Source of the DNA: Mobula hypostoma
Lineage: Eukaryota
Length of the DNA stretch: 64,000 nucleotides
Direction of reading: 5' to 3'
NCBI RefSeq assembly: GCF_963921235.1
Contig: NC_086104.1
Location: 142,228,001-142,292,000 of the forward strand
The notes under the pieces are model-generated. The model did not search any database. It was not told the DNA's origin and was given only the letters and a program-made list of their open reading frames with translations. Made by a program: the position numbers and the translations under genes. Shown piece by piece: positions 1 to 12,639 of the stretch (position 1 is the stretch's first letter; each line of letters starts with the position of its first letter).

Positions 1-1104
1 ATAATGCTGGCCCTCTTGTTTTTACTATGTACAAGCCCAAATGTTTGGTTGGTTGTTGTATTTTGCTGTTTCATATGTCATCTTTTCTCCAATAGAAGTT
101 CTTAATTGGATATAGTAATGCAGGCTTCAGTTCAGTATCTTTGAAATATTATTCAAACCCATTTTGTGGAATGACTGAAACAGTCGAGCTAGTGTCCAAT
201 TCCATTTTAATTAGCTGCCGTTCACTTCTGGTGTAAACCATATTGTTTGTCTATTGTTAATTTTCACATAGTAAATCTTAAGGCTACTCAGTTCTGTGTC
301 ATTCTCTTCATTATCAGATTTTTCATTAACAGCGTGTAGATTAGTGCTCTTTTGGAAACCACAAGTTGACTTTTTCTCTTTTTCTCTTCCCTGTGCAGTC
401 TGTTTAGTTTTGTCTGCCTGTTATAATCTTTGTATGTGTCCTACTTTATGGCATTTTCTGAACATTTTTCTTCTAATCCTATATTTATCAGGTGCATGCG
501 ACACCTGCCACAATGGTAACACAATTTGTTTGGCCAGGTGGATTCCTGTTTAGGTGTTGCAATTTTGTTCACGCTCACTTTCGTTCCTGAATGCAACTCA
601 CTTATGACTATGGCAACCATTTTCCATTGATACAGCAATTTCAACTAATCTTTTTAACGAGAGTTGTGCTTCAGTTAGGTATTGCTGTTGAATGCTTTCT
701 TGCAAGATTCCACAAACTGAAATATCTCTCCAGTGCATCATAAAGCCAATCACTGAACTGGCAAATCTTGGATAGTCTCTTCCATTTTGCCACATAGCTG
801 AAATGGACTCCCTTTTCTTTTGATTGTGCTTCTGAAAGTGAAAGCATTCTGCAATCAACAATTGCTTTGGTTCTAAATGTTTCTGCATTCCTGTTTCGAT
901 ATCAGCAAAGCTTATTTCAGTTAGAGCAGTTAAACTTATAAGCAAACAGTATGCTTTCCCACTCATTGCACTCAGCAAAACTGGAATTTGTTTCTTATCG
1001 TATATTCTGTTTGCTTTAAAATATTGCTCAATTCATTCAGTAGACATCAGCCAGTTATCTGTTGTGTAATCAAATATGTCTATCTTTCTGAAGTAGCTAT
1101 CCAT
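1..1104 (-). pseudogene. gag-protease pseudogene of the Gypsy element
   Basis: MDSYFRKID...LLSAMSGKAY...HLEPKQLLIAE...VCGILQESIQ...CYHCG...MELDT, broken by stops and frameshifts. Confidence 0.8.
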
Positions 1105-1248
1105 TTCTGTTTTTCTTAAATGTATGATTGTTAACACTCAGTTTTCACTGTTTATCAATCCATAAATTCATCCATTTTCTGCTTTATTTAAAACTCAACT
1201 GTTTCTATCCCCTTCCGACTTACTTGCTGTATCTTTTGTTAACTGGAA

Positions 1249-1288
1249 TCTCTCTCTCCCTCTCTCGTTCTCTCTCTCTCTCTGTCTC
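1249..1288. repeat. Imperfect (CT)n microsatellite in the retrotransposon leader
   Basis: Seen directly. Confidence 0.9.
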
Positions 1289-1376
1289 CCCCACTGTGAA
1301 GAAAAAAATGTGCTATGCTTCAACAAGTAGGTAGTCATCTCAGGTTAATTTTAAAACTTCCTCATCGTCACTATTT

Positions 1377-1610
1377 TGTTTTGTAATTCCAGAAACTAAT
1401 CAAAGGAAAACACATGAGTCCAGAATCATGTGTCTGATTCGTTTCCCTTTAGTGAGGGACACACATATGAAGTGGTGGTGTAAGGATGTTTGATATTCAC
1501 ATATTTCTTACATGTGGCCCATAATGAATTACGTAAACAACAATGAATGCTTAATCAAATGCTATATTTACAATATTACTCAAATATTACTGAAATATTA
1601 AAACATTACA
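1377..1610 (-). repeat. 5' LTR (~235 bp) of the Gypsy element
   Basis: TGT...ACA termini, adjacent to the PBS-like site; homologous to the solo copy at 8675-8915. Confidence 0.75.
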
Positions 1611-1611
1611 C

Positions 1612-1880
1612 ACAGTGGGCTGTGGTAATGAATTCCACAGATTCACCACTCCCCAGCAAAAGGAATCCTTCCTCATCTTTGTTCTAAAGAGACATCCTTG
1701 TATTTTGAGGTTGTGCCTTCTGATCCTAAACTCACCCACTATGGGAAACATTCTATCCATGTCCACTCTATCTAGGTCCTTCAATATTCAATAAATTTTA
1801 ATGTGATCCCCCTCGTTCTTCTAAACTCCAGTGAATACAGGCCCAGAGCTGTTAAACACGCCTCGTACATTAACCCTTTA
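1612..1880 (-). mobile_element. CR1 LINE ORF2 3' fragment
   Basis: ORF 1587-1784 gives GLDRVD..RMFP..WNSLPQ-type CR1 C-terminal peptide. Confidence 0.85.
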
Positions 1881-2489
1881 GGAACAGAAAAAGGTGGAAA
1901 TGCATGAGAGGGCACTTCAAATGTGGGCTGGTGGCATATGAGACATCAGTGAGTATACTCGTGTCATGAGGAAGACAAAGGCTTAATGAGAACCTTGAAG
2001 GAAGATGATTAATCTGATTTTCAAGAGTTAACCATTTGGTGTACGCTACCGTACACTAGATGCAATGTATTGAGAATAGGACCAGCAACAGAAACTGATA
2101 AAGAGGTACAAAATCAAGACTTCTTTGCACTGGGTATTGTGGGATTGCTTAATGTGTGGCTTGGAAAATGAGAGAATGCAGGCAATGCGAATTGACGTGC
2201 TCGATTTAACCATCACAGAAAAATTGAAATAATATTTTTCCCAGAAATGATCTCAGTGGCTGGTTTTCTTCTTTGCCAAGACAAGGTAAATCAGCAGATT
2301 ACCCTTGTACAAATGTTGGGAAAACTTCAAGACATGTGAATAACCCAATGTCAGAATGCCAGTTCAGGTTGGCTGTAACTTGACAGACAGGGAATACTGG
2401 CAAGTGAGAGAATGCAGGCAAAGTGAATTAGAGTGCTGGATTTAAACCATTTAACCAGGGTTACAAATCCCTGCAGAAAGTAACTACTG

Positions 2490-3085
2490 CTGACTTTAAG
2501 TTCCTGACATTAACATCTCGGGGATCTATCCTGAGCCCAACACATTGATACAATCATGATGAAGGCATGGCAATAGCTATACTTTATTAGGAGTTCGAGG
2601 GGATTTGGTTGGTCACCAAAGGCTCTAGCAAATTTCTACAGATGTACCATGGAGAGCATTTTGATTGGGTGCATCACCATCTGCTACGTGAGCTTCCAAA
2701 CCGCAGGATCAGAAGAGGCTGTAGAAGAGGGTTGTAGATTCAACCAGTTCCACCCCACGCACTACCCTCCACACCATTCAGAACATTTTCAAAAGGCAGA
2801 GCCTCAAGATAGATGCATCCATCATTAAGGAACCTCGTTATCTGGGACATGCTCTCTACTCATCACTACCATTGGGGGGCAGGTATAGGACACTGAAAAC
2901 ACTGAACATTTTGGAAACAGCTCCTAACCTTCCACAATCAGATTTCTGAATGGTCAATGAACTCATGGACACTATCTCACTAGTCCATTCTTGCATCATT
3001 CATTTAATGTTCATAACTTATTGTAATTTTTATGTCTTGAATTGCACTTCGGTCACAAAACAATAAATTTCATGACATATGTTTG
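2490..3085 (+). mobile_element. Rex/Babar-type LINE 3' fragment, decayed
   Basis: Homologous to copies at 19035-19895 and 34965-35790 (YRCTMESIL.GCIT, GRYRTLK, AATTTCATGACATATG tail). Confidence 0.8.
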
Positions 3086-4319
3086 AGTTAATACAAATAG
3101 AGTTATGAAATTATGTGGAACACTTACAGACACTAAAATTAAAACATAGGAAGTGGAATTTTGGAGAATAGAAAATGTGTGGATGGCCATCAAGTCTCCT
3201 ATAAGATTATTAATTATTCTTAATGTTATGATTAGATTTCTTCAGAGTGATAAGTTTTAATGCCTTGTATATTTATTTCTAAAACCCAATTTCTACATAG
3301 ATTAGGAACTCTGTACCTGCAAAGCCAGATCCAACAGATCCATCATGGCCTCTGTGCATTTCACAGGTGTACACTGTTAATGCCACCTTACTTTCTACTT
3401 GAATTTGCTGCTTGTGCATAGCCCTGATCTTAGCTGCAGAGGCAGCCCTCACTCAAGTTTAATTATCATTCAATCATATGTGAATACCCGCAAGTACAGC
3501 CAAATGAACCAGTGGTACACCAGAACCAAGGTACAAAACGCAGTACCAACAGTCACACACAGCACAAGGCACATACAGTATGGTACATATATAGTAGTAG
3601 TAAACATATATTTACACAAAAAAAAATACAATAGTCCAAGTTCCGCAGTGGCATGTCCTATAAGTTGATGGTGCATGGGTGTTGTCGGCAAGAACAAGCA
3701 GTTCTCAGCAGTCCGCAGATGAATGTAAGCACGCATGCATCTAATCTGGCTTGCCTTCCTTTGAGTGAACACTGGAAAGCAGCACCGATGGGAGGTGCCA
3801 GCCCACAATCTTGCATGGGCACTCCACTACACTGTGTCCGGCATCTCCCTTCTTGGACTGCTGCAACAGGCAAGCCCAAGGCATGAGGCCTAGTCCGCTC
3901 TGCAATCGAGGCTGCACAGATCCCCTGCTGTTGGTCTCGCCAACAAACTTGTAAACCTGACTTGGAGCATTTTACATTACCAGTGTCCACTAGGGTCTTA
4001 AGATCACAAGAAAAACGTCTGAGACAATCATTCACAATTAGACTGCACACCGCTTTCGTGCATTGACCCAGGTGCGCTTCTGAAGCAGGCAGTAGTAAGT
4101 CTGCCAATGAGCAGCTTGCCAGTGGGGTAGACCTACAGTACTTAATGTCCAGTGATCATAAGAAAGATAATTAAGAAAGAGAAAAAACACTGCTTAGCAC
4201 CAGGGAGGCTGCTGCCTCTGAATGCACTTCCATCTTACCCATAGAGTGAGGTCCTGTGTCCAGCAGTACTTCAAAGGCTCATCCCTATTTTTCCAGCAAC
4301 CTTTTAAGTTTGGTGGTGA

Positions 4320-5550
4320 AGACAGTTAATGTACAAGTGCACATTTCCCTGAAAGTAGTCACTCAGGTAAACAGGGTGGTGAAGCAGGTGTTAACATGCT
4401 GGCCGTCATCAGTCAGGGCTTTGAGTTTATGAGTAGCGACGTTATGTTGCAGGTACATAAATCATTGGTGAGATCACACTTGGAGCATTTTGTACAGTTT
4501 TGGTTATCATGTTATAGGAAGGACATTACCAAGCTGGAGAGGATGCAGTAGAGATTTACAAGGAAGCTTCTTGGACAAGAGGATATAAGTTGTAGGAAAA
4601 TTTGGCCACGCTGGATCTGTATTCATTGGAGCCCAGGGGACTGAGAGCTGACCTTATAGAAGCTTATAATATCATGAGGGGTATATATAAGATGTCCAGG
4701 ATTGGGAAGTTCAAAGCAAGATAAGATAAATGCAATTTAAAACAGACCTGAAAAGTAACTTCTTTAGAACATAGAACATAGAACATAGAAATCTACAGCA
4801 CATTACAGGCCCTTTGGCCCACAACATTGTGCTGACCATGTAACCTACTCTAGAAACTGCCTAGAATTAACCTAGCGCCCAGCCCTCTATTTTTCTAAAC
4901 TTTATGTACCTACCTAAGAGGCTCTTAAAATACCCTATTGTATCTGCTTCCACCACTGCCGCCAGCAGTGCATTCCACGCACCCACTACTGTCTGTGGAA
5001 AAACTTACCACTGACATCCCCTCGCTACCTATTTCCAAGCAGCTTAAAACTATGCCCCATCATGTTAGCCATTTCAGCCCTAGGAAGAAACTGCTGGCTA
5101 TCCACACGATCAATATCTCTCGTCATCTTGTATACCTCTATCAAGTTACCTCACGTCCTCCGTCACTCCAAGGAGAAAAGGCCAAGTTCACTCAACCTAT
5201 TCTCATAAGGTATGTCCTCCAATTAAGGCAGCATCCTTGTAAATCTCCTCATCCCTCCTTCTATGGTATCCATATCCTTCCTGTAGTGAGGTGACCAGAA
5301 CTGAACACAGTACTCCAAGTGGGATCTGACCAAGGTCTTGTGTCGTGCAGAGAGTAATGAGTACTTGGAATGAGCTGTCAGAGGAAGCAGGCTGAGGCAG
5401 TTGAGACAACGGGAACATTTAAGAGGCATTTGGATAAGAACATGGAAGGAACTTGGACTGTAATTGGCTGAATGCAGGCACTAGGTTAGCAGGGAGGATG
5501 CTGTGATTGGGCTGAAGGGCCTGATTCCATGCTGTATTACACTGTGACTA
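4320..5550 (+). mobile_element. Old CR1 3' fragment, split by a younger antisense CR1
   Basis: LKV..QV..VVK, HLEH.VQFW and 3' GGGCTGAAGGGCCTG hairpin tail; interrupted at 4766-5340. Confidence 0.75.
4766..5340 (-). mobile_element. CR1 3' end with (ATAGAAC)n tail
   Basis: [21 protein letters not shown] peptide (ORF 5223-5429); 7-mer tandem tail at 4766-4788. Confidence 0.9.
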
Positions 5551-5585
5551 TGGATATTGTTTTTTCAAATTCATGAAATGAAAGC

Positions 5586-6090
5586 ATGGCTATTTTATTA
5601 GCTACACCTTCTTGTTAATGCAAATATCGAATTAGCCAATCACGTGGCAGCAACTCAATATGCAAAGGCATACAGACACGGTTAGAAACAAAATCAAGAG
5701 AGAATCTGAAGATGTTGGATATCCAAGCAACACACACCCATCTGCAGATTTTCTTCTGTTTGTGATTTGATTACTACACTGTGAAGTCTCTTCCAGGGAT
5801 GCCTACTCTGAAGAAGTTTAAATCTTCCCAGTCCTGCCGAAGGGTCTCAGCCCGGAGCGTCAACTCTACTTTTTCCCATTGATGTTGCCTGGCCTGCTGG
5901 GTTTCTCCAGCATTTTGTGTGTGAGACATGGTTAGGAGGTTCAGTTGTTGTTCAGACGAAACATCAGAATGGGGATGAAATGTGATATAAGTGAATTGGA
6001 CGATGGAATGGTTTTTGGTGGCAGACTAGGTGGTTTGAGTATCTCAGAAATTGCTGATCTCCTTGTATTTTTGCACACAACAGACTCTAG
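5586..6090 (+). mobile_element. Tc1-like DNA transposon derivative (left end + transposase N-terminus), interrupted by a Penelope-derived insert
   Basis: ORF 5945-6130 MGMKCDISELDDGMVFGGRLGGLSISEIADLL resembles the Tc1 paired-type HTH; homologous to 26010-26563, 40865-41363 and 55848-56365. Confidence 0.8.
5686..5923 (+). mobile_element. Penelope-derived short element with degenerate hammerhead motif
   Basis: Flanked by AGACA(C/T)GGTTAG at 5674-5685 and 5924-5935; contains CAGTC-CTGCCGA-AGGGTCTCAGCCC-GGAGCGTC. Confidence 0.75.
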
Positions 6091-6624
6091 AGCAGGGGTT
6101 CACAACCTGAAATTGAATGGGATCGGCTAACCGAAGCTATGACTACTGGTACAGTGAGGTTTAGATTACACTGAAGTTCAAGGGAAAGTATCAGTTGCAG
6201 GGCGGCAGAAGTGTGGCTGGAAAGTGATTGGTAATGATGTGGGATGGTTAATAGTTCTCTTTTTACATCTTGTTGCTCATACGTTTTCACAGAGTCATAA
6301 AACCTTCTAAATCAGGCCCTCACAGAATTAAATGATTGCCAAGCTAATATTCATTTCTTGAGAATGGTGCATTACTCAGGCAAGCTGCTTGCAACAACCC
6401 TCTTTGCATTTCTGTTTGACATAATTAGTTTACAACGTACTTGACACAATTACTGCTTTATTGAAAGACAGAAGACACTAATAAATGGACAACTTCAACT
6501 ACTAGTATTTTGCACATTTCATTTACTACAATGTAATCTGAGTAACCATTTTTTTTGATAACTGGAATGATTAAACATTACTTGGAGACAAAGTAGAAGA
6601 TAAGTTGGCAACTGAATTCCACAG

Positions 6625-7080
6625 AGTCCTGAGAGTTTGGACAAACATGGATTGTTCTCTCTGGAGCAATGAAGGCTAAGGGGAGGCAGATCTGATAGAA
6701 TTACCTACAGTTATGAGATGTTGTATATATAGGGCAATTAGTCAGAGTCCTTTTCTTAGAGTGGGAATATCAAGCACTCAAGGACGAAGCTTTAAAATGA
6801 GAGGAAGAAAGTTTAAAGGCCAAGTTGCATTTGTGATTCATCCAGTTGAGCATAGTCACGGGCAAATTCTTTACACAGACTGAGGTGGGTGCCTGGAGCA
6901 CACTGCCAGGTTAAACGGGTGACAGCAGATTTAATAGTAACATTTAAGAAGCATTTAGAAAGACAGATGAACAATCAGGAAATGGAGGGATGTAACCTAT
7001 GTGCAGTCTGTTGGGATTAATTTAAGTCATGATCGGTACAGGGATTATGGGCCAAAGGGCCATGTTATGTTATGCTATTT
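6625..7080 (+). mobile_element. Old CR1 3' fragment
   Basis: GLFSLEQ.RLRG..L motif and GGGCCAAAGGGCC tail hairpin. Confidence 0.7.
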
Positions 7081-7227
7081 ATTTGCTCATTTATTCACTT
7101 GTTTGTTTGTCTCCTTGTTTGTCTTTTTTTCTATTTATTTGTATTACTTGTACTTGTTTCTCTGTGCGCTTTGGGGCCCATCAGATGGCAACGTTGCTGT
7201 TTCTTTAGCATTTGTCTATTATCGACT

Positions 7228-7473
7228 TATTTATTTATAGAGATACAGCCCGGAATAAGCCTTTCTGGCCCCTCGAGACATGCCTGATTTACAACGACCA
7301 ATTAACCACCAACTGGTACGTCTTTGGACTGTGGGAGGAAACTGGAGCGCCCAGAGGAAACCCACGTGGTCACACGGAGAATGTATAAGCTCCTTACGGG
7401 CAGCGGTGGGAATTGAACTCAGGTAGCCTGTACTGTAAAGCGTTGTGCTAGCCACTACGCTACCGTGCTGCCC
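7228..7473 (-). mobile_element. tRNA-derived V-SINE
   Basis: Minus strand: GGGCAGCACGGTAGCGTAGTGG (A box), GAGTTCAATTCC (B box), V-domain GTGGGTTTCCTCTGGGCGCTCCAGTTTCCTCCCACAGTCCAAAGAC, CR1-like hairpin tail and (TAAA)n. Confidence 0.85.
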
Positions 7474-7698
7474 AATTTCTCCCCTAAGATCTGATTCAAA
7501 ATTGCGAACTATTTGATGCCGGATCTCCCCTCGTGTGGAATTGCTCGATTTATTTTCATATCGAACACCATATCAATGTCTTTCAATGGATCTGAATGAA
7601 AGGCAGAAACGGTATAAAGTATTGAGTCGTCACTGGGAAATCTACAAATATTTGTTCCTCATGGAAGGTAATCATATTTTTCCTGCTCATCCAGTAGA

Positions 7699-7780
7699 GC
7701 GGGAGTTCCCGACCTTTTTTTATGCCATGGACCAATACCATTAAGCAAGGGGTCTGTGGACCCAGAGTGAGAACTCCTGC
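7699..7780. mobile_element. ~80-bp hAT-type MITE
   Basis: Imperfect terminal inverted repeats; shares core TTTTATGCCATGGACCAATACCATTAAGCAA with 18276-18351. Confidence 0.7.
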
Positions 7781-8674
7781 AATAGTTGATATTTCTAGCA
7801 ATTGGATTACAAACTAACTTAAGCACAGCATCATGGTACTCTAAGGATAGCCTGTCGCGTCCTTAATGTTGATGAGAACATACAGCATCTGAAATCTACT
7901 AAGAGCACAGTCAAGGAAGAGCAACATTAGTGACAAAGCAACGAAGCTGCCTTTTCTTTTTACAATTTCAGTCAGCGGGAGACAATGCAGCTCAGTTTGT
8001 GCTGGAATATCACCAGACAACGACAACGTGACATCCTAAAGTGTGCATCTCTTCATCGTACTGGCTTCAATCCAAACTGCTGGCTCCAACAAATAGTCAT
8101 CAGTTTGGGCTGATGATTGTGATCTCTGGTGTCTTCGATGGTCTTGAAGCTGCTTCAACATAAACTATAGTCACCCAGATGAATCACAGTATGACCTGTC
8201 TTGTGCAATCAATGGTATGTCTTGATAACTAGATTCCACAGTGACACCTCAGACAAATTAACATGACTTACTTTGAAGTGGTGAGGAGCTCTGTGTCATG
8301 TGATGCCATCAAGTTCAAGTGTGATCTGATATATCCGTCTGAACATAATATAGACATAGGCTACTAGTGTGTCTTCTGTAGCAATGTGTGGTGTGTTGCA
8401 ATAATGAAACAAGGAGCTCACAACTTTTGTCTTAATTTAACTTCCTGTCATCTTTCCCAGTCAGGATTGCTCTTTCTGCCAAATCTCTTGGAGCAGAGTG
8501 ATTAAATGGCATGTGAACATAGTAGCCACTATTTATGGGCATTATTTTAGGTTATTGGTCAAAGAGTTATAGTTGTGATTCATTGATCCAGAAACTCAAG
8601 TTCAAGTCCAAAGGCAGCTGGGGAATTTACATTCAAGTCATTAAATAAATCTGTATTTTTAAAAAAAATAACTT

Positions 8675-8915
8675 TGTTGTTTTATTTGATAAATCAGTAA
8701 CATTTGAGTAATCATAAATATGTTATTTGTATCTTGTTCCCTTAAATAATTAATTATTATACATGTGAATAAATACGTGTATTGCAAGTGTCATCACGCT
8801 ACCATGTGATATGTGCACATCTTGCTTAAAGTGAAGGCGAAGTTAGATTCACATTTTGGATTCCCATGTTTTCCTTTGAATTAGTTTAACGTTTTTGAAG
8901 TTACAGAACGTAACA
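8675..8915 (+). repeat. Solo LTR of the same Gypsy family as 1377-1610
   Basis: TGT...AACA ends; shares CAGTAA(C/T)ATTTGAGTAAT and TGTTTTCCTTTGA(A)TTAGTTT with the reverse complement of 1377-1610. Confidence 0.75.
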
Positions 8916-8959
8916 ATCTAATCTCAGTAGTGACAACAATGAAAATTCCATTGCAATAG

Positions 8960-9230
8960 ATCAAACTGCTGGAGGAATTCAGTGGGCCGAACAGCATCTG
9001 TGGGAGGAAAGCCTGCGAAAGCCCAAGGTACTAAACCATGTGTAAACCACACTGAGAGACACATATTATAAATCATGTGGACAAACACTGCAGAGCTGGT
9101 CTTGCTGCAAGGATTGGACCCAAAAGGTCAACAGTCCCTTTCCTCCCACAGATGCTTTCCAACCTGCCAAGTTGGTCCACTGGATTGTTTGTTGCTCCAG
9201 ATTCTAGCCCCTGCAGTCCGTTGTGTTCCA
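8960..9230. mobile_element. Old Penelope-derived inverted-repeat element
   Basis: Arms AGCATCTGTGGGAGGAAAG / CTTTCCTCCCACAGATGCT; CTGCTGGAGGAATTCAG motif shared with younger copies. Confidence 0.6.
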
Positions 9231-9307
9231 GGATTGTCACTGAAATCCATCCTGTTCATCTTTACTACTTTATCCTGCATTTTATTATTGTTTTTTCTTG
9301 TGCAACT

Positions 9308-9655
9308 TCATAGAAACATAGAAAACCTACAGCACAATACAGACCCTTCGGCCCATGATGCTGTGCCGAACATGTACTTATTTTACAAATTACATAGGGT
9401 TACTCATAGTCCTCTATTTCTCTAAGTTCCAGGTACTTGTCCTGGAGTCTCTTAAAAGACCCAATCGTATCCGCCTTCACCAACGTCGCCGGCAGCCCAT
9501 TCCACGCACTCACAACCCTCTGCACAAAAAAACTTACCCCTGATGTTTCCTCTGTGCCTTCTTCCAATCACTTTAAAACTGTGGCCTCTCACGTTAGCCA
9601 TTTCAGCCCTGGGAGAAAGCCTCTGACTATCCACACGATCAATGCCTCTCATCTT
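9308..9655 (-). mobile_element. CR1 3' end with (CATAGAAA)n tail
   Basis: MRGIDRVDSQRL..RGHSFKV peptide (ORF 9452-9652); 8-mer tail. Confidence 0.9.
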
Positions 9656-9929
9656 CTGAGCACTGTTGTAATGAAATGATCTGTATAGCTGGTATGCTCT
9701 ACCTCAGTATGTGTGGCTATAATTAACCAGTTTAACAACTTTGCCAATATCCATCAGGGGAGGAAATCTGCCTTGCTTACTGGTCTGGCGAGACTGAGAA
9801 TCTGGGGCCAAGGACCAGGGACCCAGAGGCAGCCTGTCTATGTGTGGGAGTGGGTGGCTGGATGAGTGAGTTAGGGAGTGGGAGAGGAGCTTGTTTTGCT
9901 GTTGTTGTTTTGTTTTGTTGTTGTGGTTG

Positions 9930-10640
9930 GAGCTGATTATTGACTTCAGGAGGAGGAAACTGGAGGTCCATGAGGCAGTCCTTATCAGGGGATCAGAGGT
10001 GGAGAGGGTCAGCAACATTAAATTCCTCTGCGTTACCATTTCAGAGGACCTGTCCTGGGCCCAGTACATACGTGTCATTACAAAGAAAGCACGGCAGCAC
10101 TTCGACTTCCTTAGAAGTTTGCAAAGGTTTGGCAGGAGTCCTAAAACTTTGATAGTTTCTTTAGATATGTGGTAGAGAGTATATTGACTGGTTGGAACAA
10201 GTCTTGGTAAGGAAACAACAATGTGCTTGAACGGAAAATCCTACAAAAGGTAATGGATATGGGCCAGTCCTTTACCTTCCCAACCATTGCGCCTCAAGAC
10301 TCACACCACCGGGTTCAGGAACAGTTATTACCCCTCAACCACCAGGCTCCTGAACCACTGGGATAACTTCTGTCAGCTTCATCACTGAACTGTTCCCAGA
10401 ATCTATGGACTCATTTTCAAGGACTCTTCATCTCATATTCATGATATTTACTACTGATTTATTTATTTACTGTTTTTTTTCCCTCTTTCATATCTGCACA
10501 TTGGTTCTTTTTTTGTCCTTTGATGTGGCTTTTGATTAATTCTATTGTGCTTCTTGGATTTGCTGAGTGTGTCTGCAAGAAAATAAATCACCAAGTTCTA
10601 TATGGTGACATATATGTACTTTGATAACATATTTACTTTG
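9930..10640 (+). mobile_element. Rex/Babar-type LINE 3' fragment
   Basis: ELIIDFRR...VERVSNIKFL.VTISEDLSW...KKARQ (DUF1891-like region downstream of RT). Confidence 0.85.
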
Positions 10641-11251
10641 GTCTTTGTTGTTGCTGTTTGTGTTGCCCTGCTGAACATTGTGGGCATGCTATGTTGGCAC
10701 TGGAATGTGTGGCAACACTTGCATGCTGCCCCTAGAACATCATTAAGCATGTTTTTTGTTAATGGAAATGACACACTTCACTTGTATGTTTCGATATGCA
10801 TGTGATAAGTAAATCTGGAATCTGAATCCGAATCGGAAATAACTCCAGATCCGTTTATTTTGATTCTTATCTACGTCCTCAGTTAAAGGCATGGGCAATA
10901 AATGCCAGTGACATCCACATCCCTTTGTGATGGTGTTGGGTTCCCTGTCCGCAATGCCCTAAACTCAAAATAAGTTTTTAAGTCCTATCCAATATAAATA
11001 TCAATGGATACCCTCAAAATGGGGATATTTTACTGTATTCACCTACTCTTCAAGGATGATCTTACTTCCTTGCCTAGGATTGGTGGCAAGGTTTAGCTGT
11101 CAATACTTGAGTGGTTGGTCCCCCCTCCCTACCAAGGAGGTGATAATTCCAGCTAACAAACTAGTTTAAACACTGTTATTTTATTTTTAATGATACACAT
11201 TTAAATGAAGACAAATATTCTTAACACACATTTAATGCTCAAAGGAGATTT

Positions 11252-11985
11252 GACAAAGGAGAGACTTTCTAAAAATTTTCCTAATGTTTATAGTCATTGT
11301 GATAGATGTAAAACTGAGATAGCTACACTGACACATATGTTTTGGTCTTGTTCTATATTGGAACAGTTCTGGAAGTCGGTTTTCTCAACAATTTCTAAAG
11401 CACTTAAAATTAATTTACAACCTAATAAATTAACTGTGCTTTTTGGAATAGTTCCTCAAAATATTCATGGTATTTCTGTGTCTGACCAACATGTTATTGC
11501 ATTTGTTACATTGATAGCTAGAAGGGCCATTTTGTTGAAGTGGAAGGATACATCAGCTCCCACTTTGTCACAATGGTTCTCTCAAGTGATGCTATGTCTT
11601 AGTTTGGAGAAAATTAGAAGTCGAACCTTTGAACCTTTATTTGATTTTGAGAAAAGATGGGGCTCATTTGCTCATTATTATCATTTGAGTTAATTGATAT
11701 AATTTTTCCACGATCTAATTGTAAATTCTTTTAGTATATTTTCTTTTCTTGCTGGCGGTTTGATGTTTATTTTTATAAGCTTTTTGTATGACGCATGGCT
11801 CCAGGGTTGTACACCTAATGGGTTCTCTTTTTTTTTCTCACTTTCCTGCTTAGTAGGTTTTTTTTGTTATCACAAAATTTTGTTTTCAATCTTTAAGATG
11901 ATGGGTTTTTTTGAGGCATTGTAAATGCTGTTACTTTGATGTACTCATGTTACTTTTCCTATATATATACAACAAAAAGATTTGA
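11252..11985 (+). mobile_element. 5'-truncated L1-clade LINE (ORF2 C-terminus + 3' UTR)
   Basis: Stop-free peptide with CDRC-x7-HMFWSC zinc knuckle, ARRAILLKWK and F..RW motifs; 11-bp TSD AAAGGAGATTT at 11241-11251 and 11986-11996. Confidence 0.9.
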
Positions 11986-12639
11986 AAAGGAGATTTCTGA
12001 ATTTTAATTTTTTTTACAAATGACAAAGGTTTAATTCGTACTAACAGGAAGAACATACCAATGAGTTGGAGATGAATGTGACATCAGTCACAGAATCAAA
12101 GGTTGAGGAATGAATTCTTGTTCTTTCTGTACTCCCATCTGATGTCATTCTCCTTGTCATTCCCAATAATGCCTCCCATCTTTCTGATATTTATACTATT
12201 TTTTACTAGGTGTCATCTTCTGCATGTGATGTTTTCCAGCTACCTTCGCTGGGACAAAGTAACTCACACAGATAGTCTTAAAAAGATTCTGGCTACAGAG
12301 ATCCCAAACACTCAGGATTAATGCCGTCAGGGCTGGTCCTCTGAGTGCACAAACATCACGCTTGAAATCATGTTTGACGTGCTTAGTGACGTAACCCAAA
12401 TTACTTGTGTTTGCCTAATGCATCAAGAGGCCTTTTGGTCACTTTGCTTTGTGAACTAGACCTTTTAGCAGACAGCCACCCACTGTGGGCTAGGATCCTA
12501 TATTCTGTAACTCTTGAATCCAACTTCTCACTGATTGATGCTTGTAATTTACATTAAGAGCTGGAGACTTGTTCCTGTTTACAACAAAAATCTGAGCAAA
12601 GAATATTTGTTAAATGTTTAACTTTATCACCAACTTTAT

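Larger units (their letters stand above)
1..1610 (-). mobile_element. Gypsy/Ty3-type LTR retrotransposon, 5' part (5' LTR, PBS-like site, gag, protease); continues off the left edge; decayed
   Basis: Minus-strand order LTR (1377-1610), PBS-like AATAGTGACGATGAGG, leader with CT repeat, gag ATG at 1104. ORFs 598-978 and 441-644 give gag-like peptides with a zinc-knuckle start (CYHCG). Aspartic protease-like MELDTSS near 180-210. Confidence 0.85.
8560..10925 (+). mobile_element. Ancient SINE fragmented by several later insertions
   Basis: Collinear pieces at ~8560-8670, 8916-8950, 9750-9790 (GGAGGAAATCTGCCTTGCTTACTGGTCTGGC) and 10880-10925 (GGGCAATAAATG..CACATCCC tail); antisense relative at 56420-56770. 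Confidence 0.55.

Noticed and set aside
3460-4200. Overlapping ORFs up to 149 aa
   Set aside because: No domain-like content; the region looks like an unclassified minus-strand repeat that I could not assign.
7945-8115. Coding exon after the acceptor-like TTTTCTTTTTACAATTTCAG
   Set aside because: The frames I translated close with stops or give no recognisable peptide, and I found no convincing donor.
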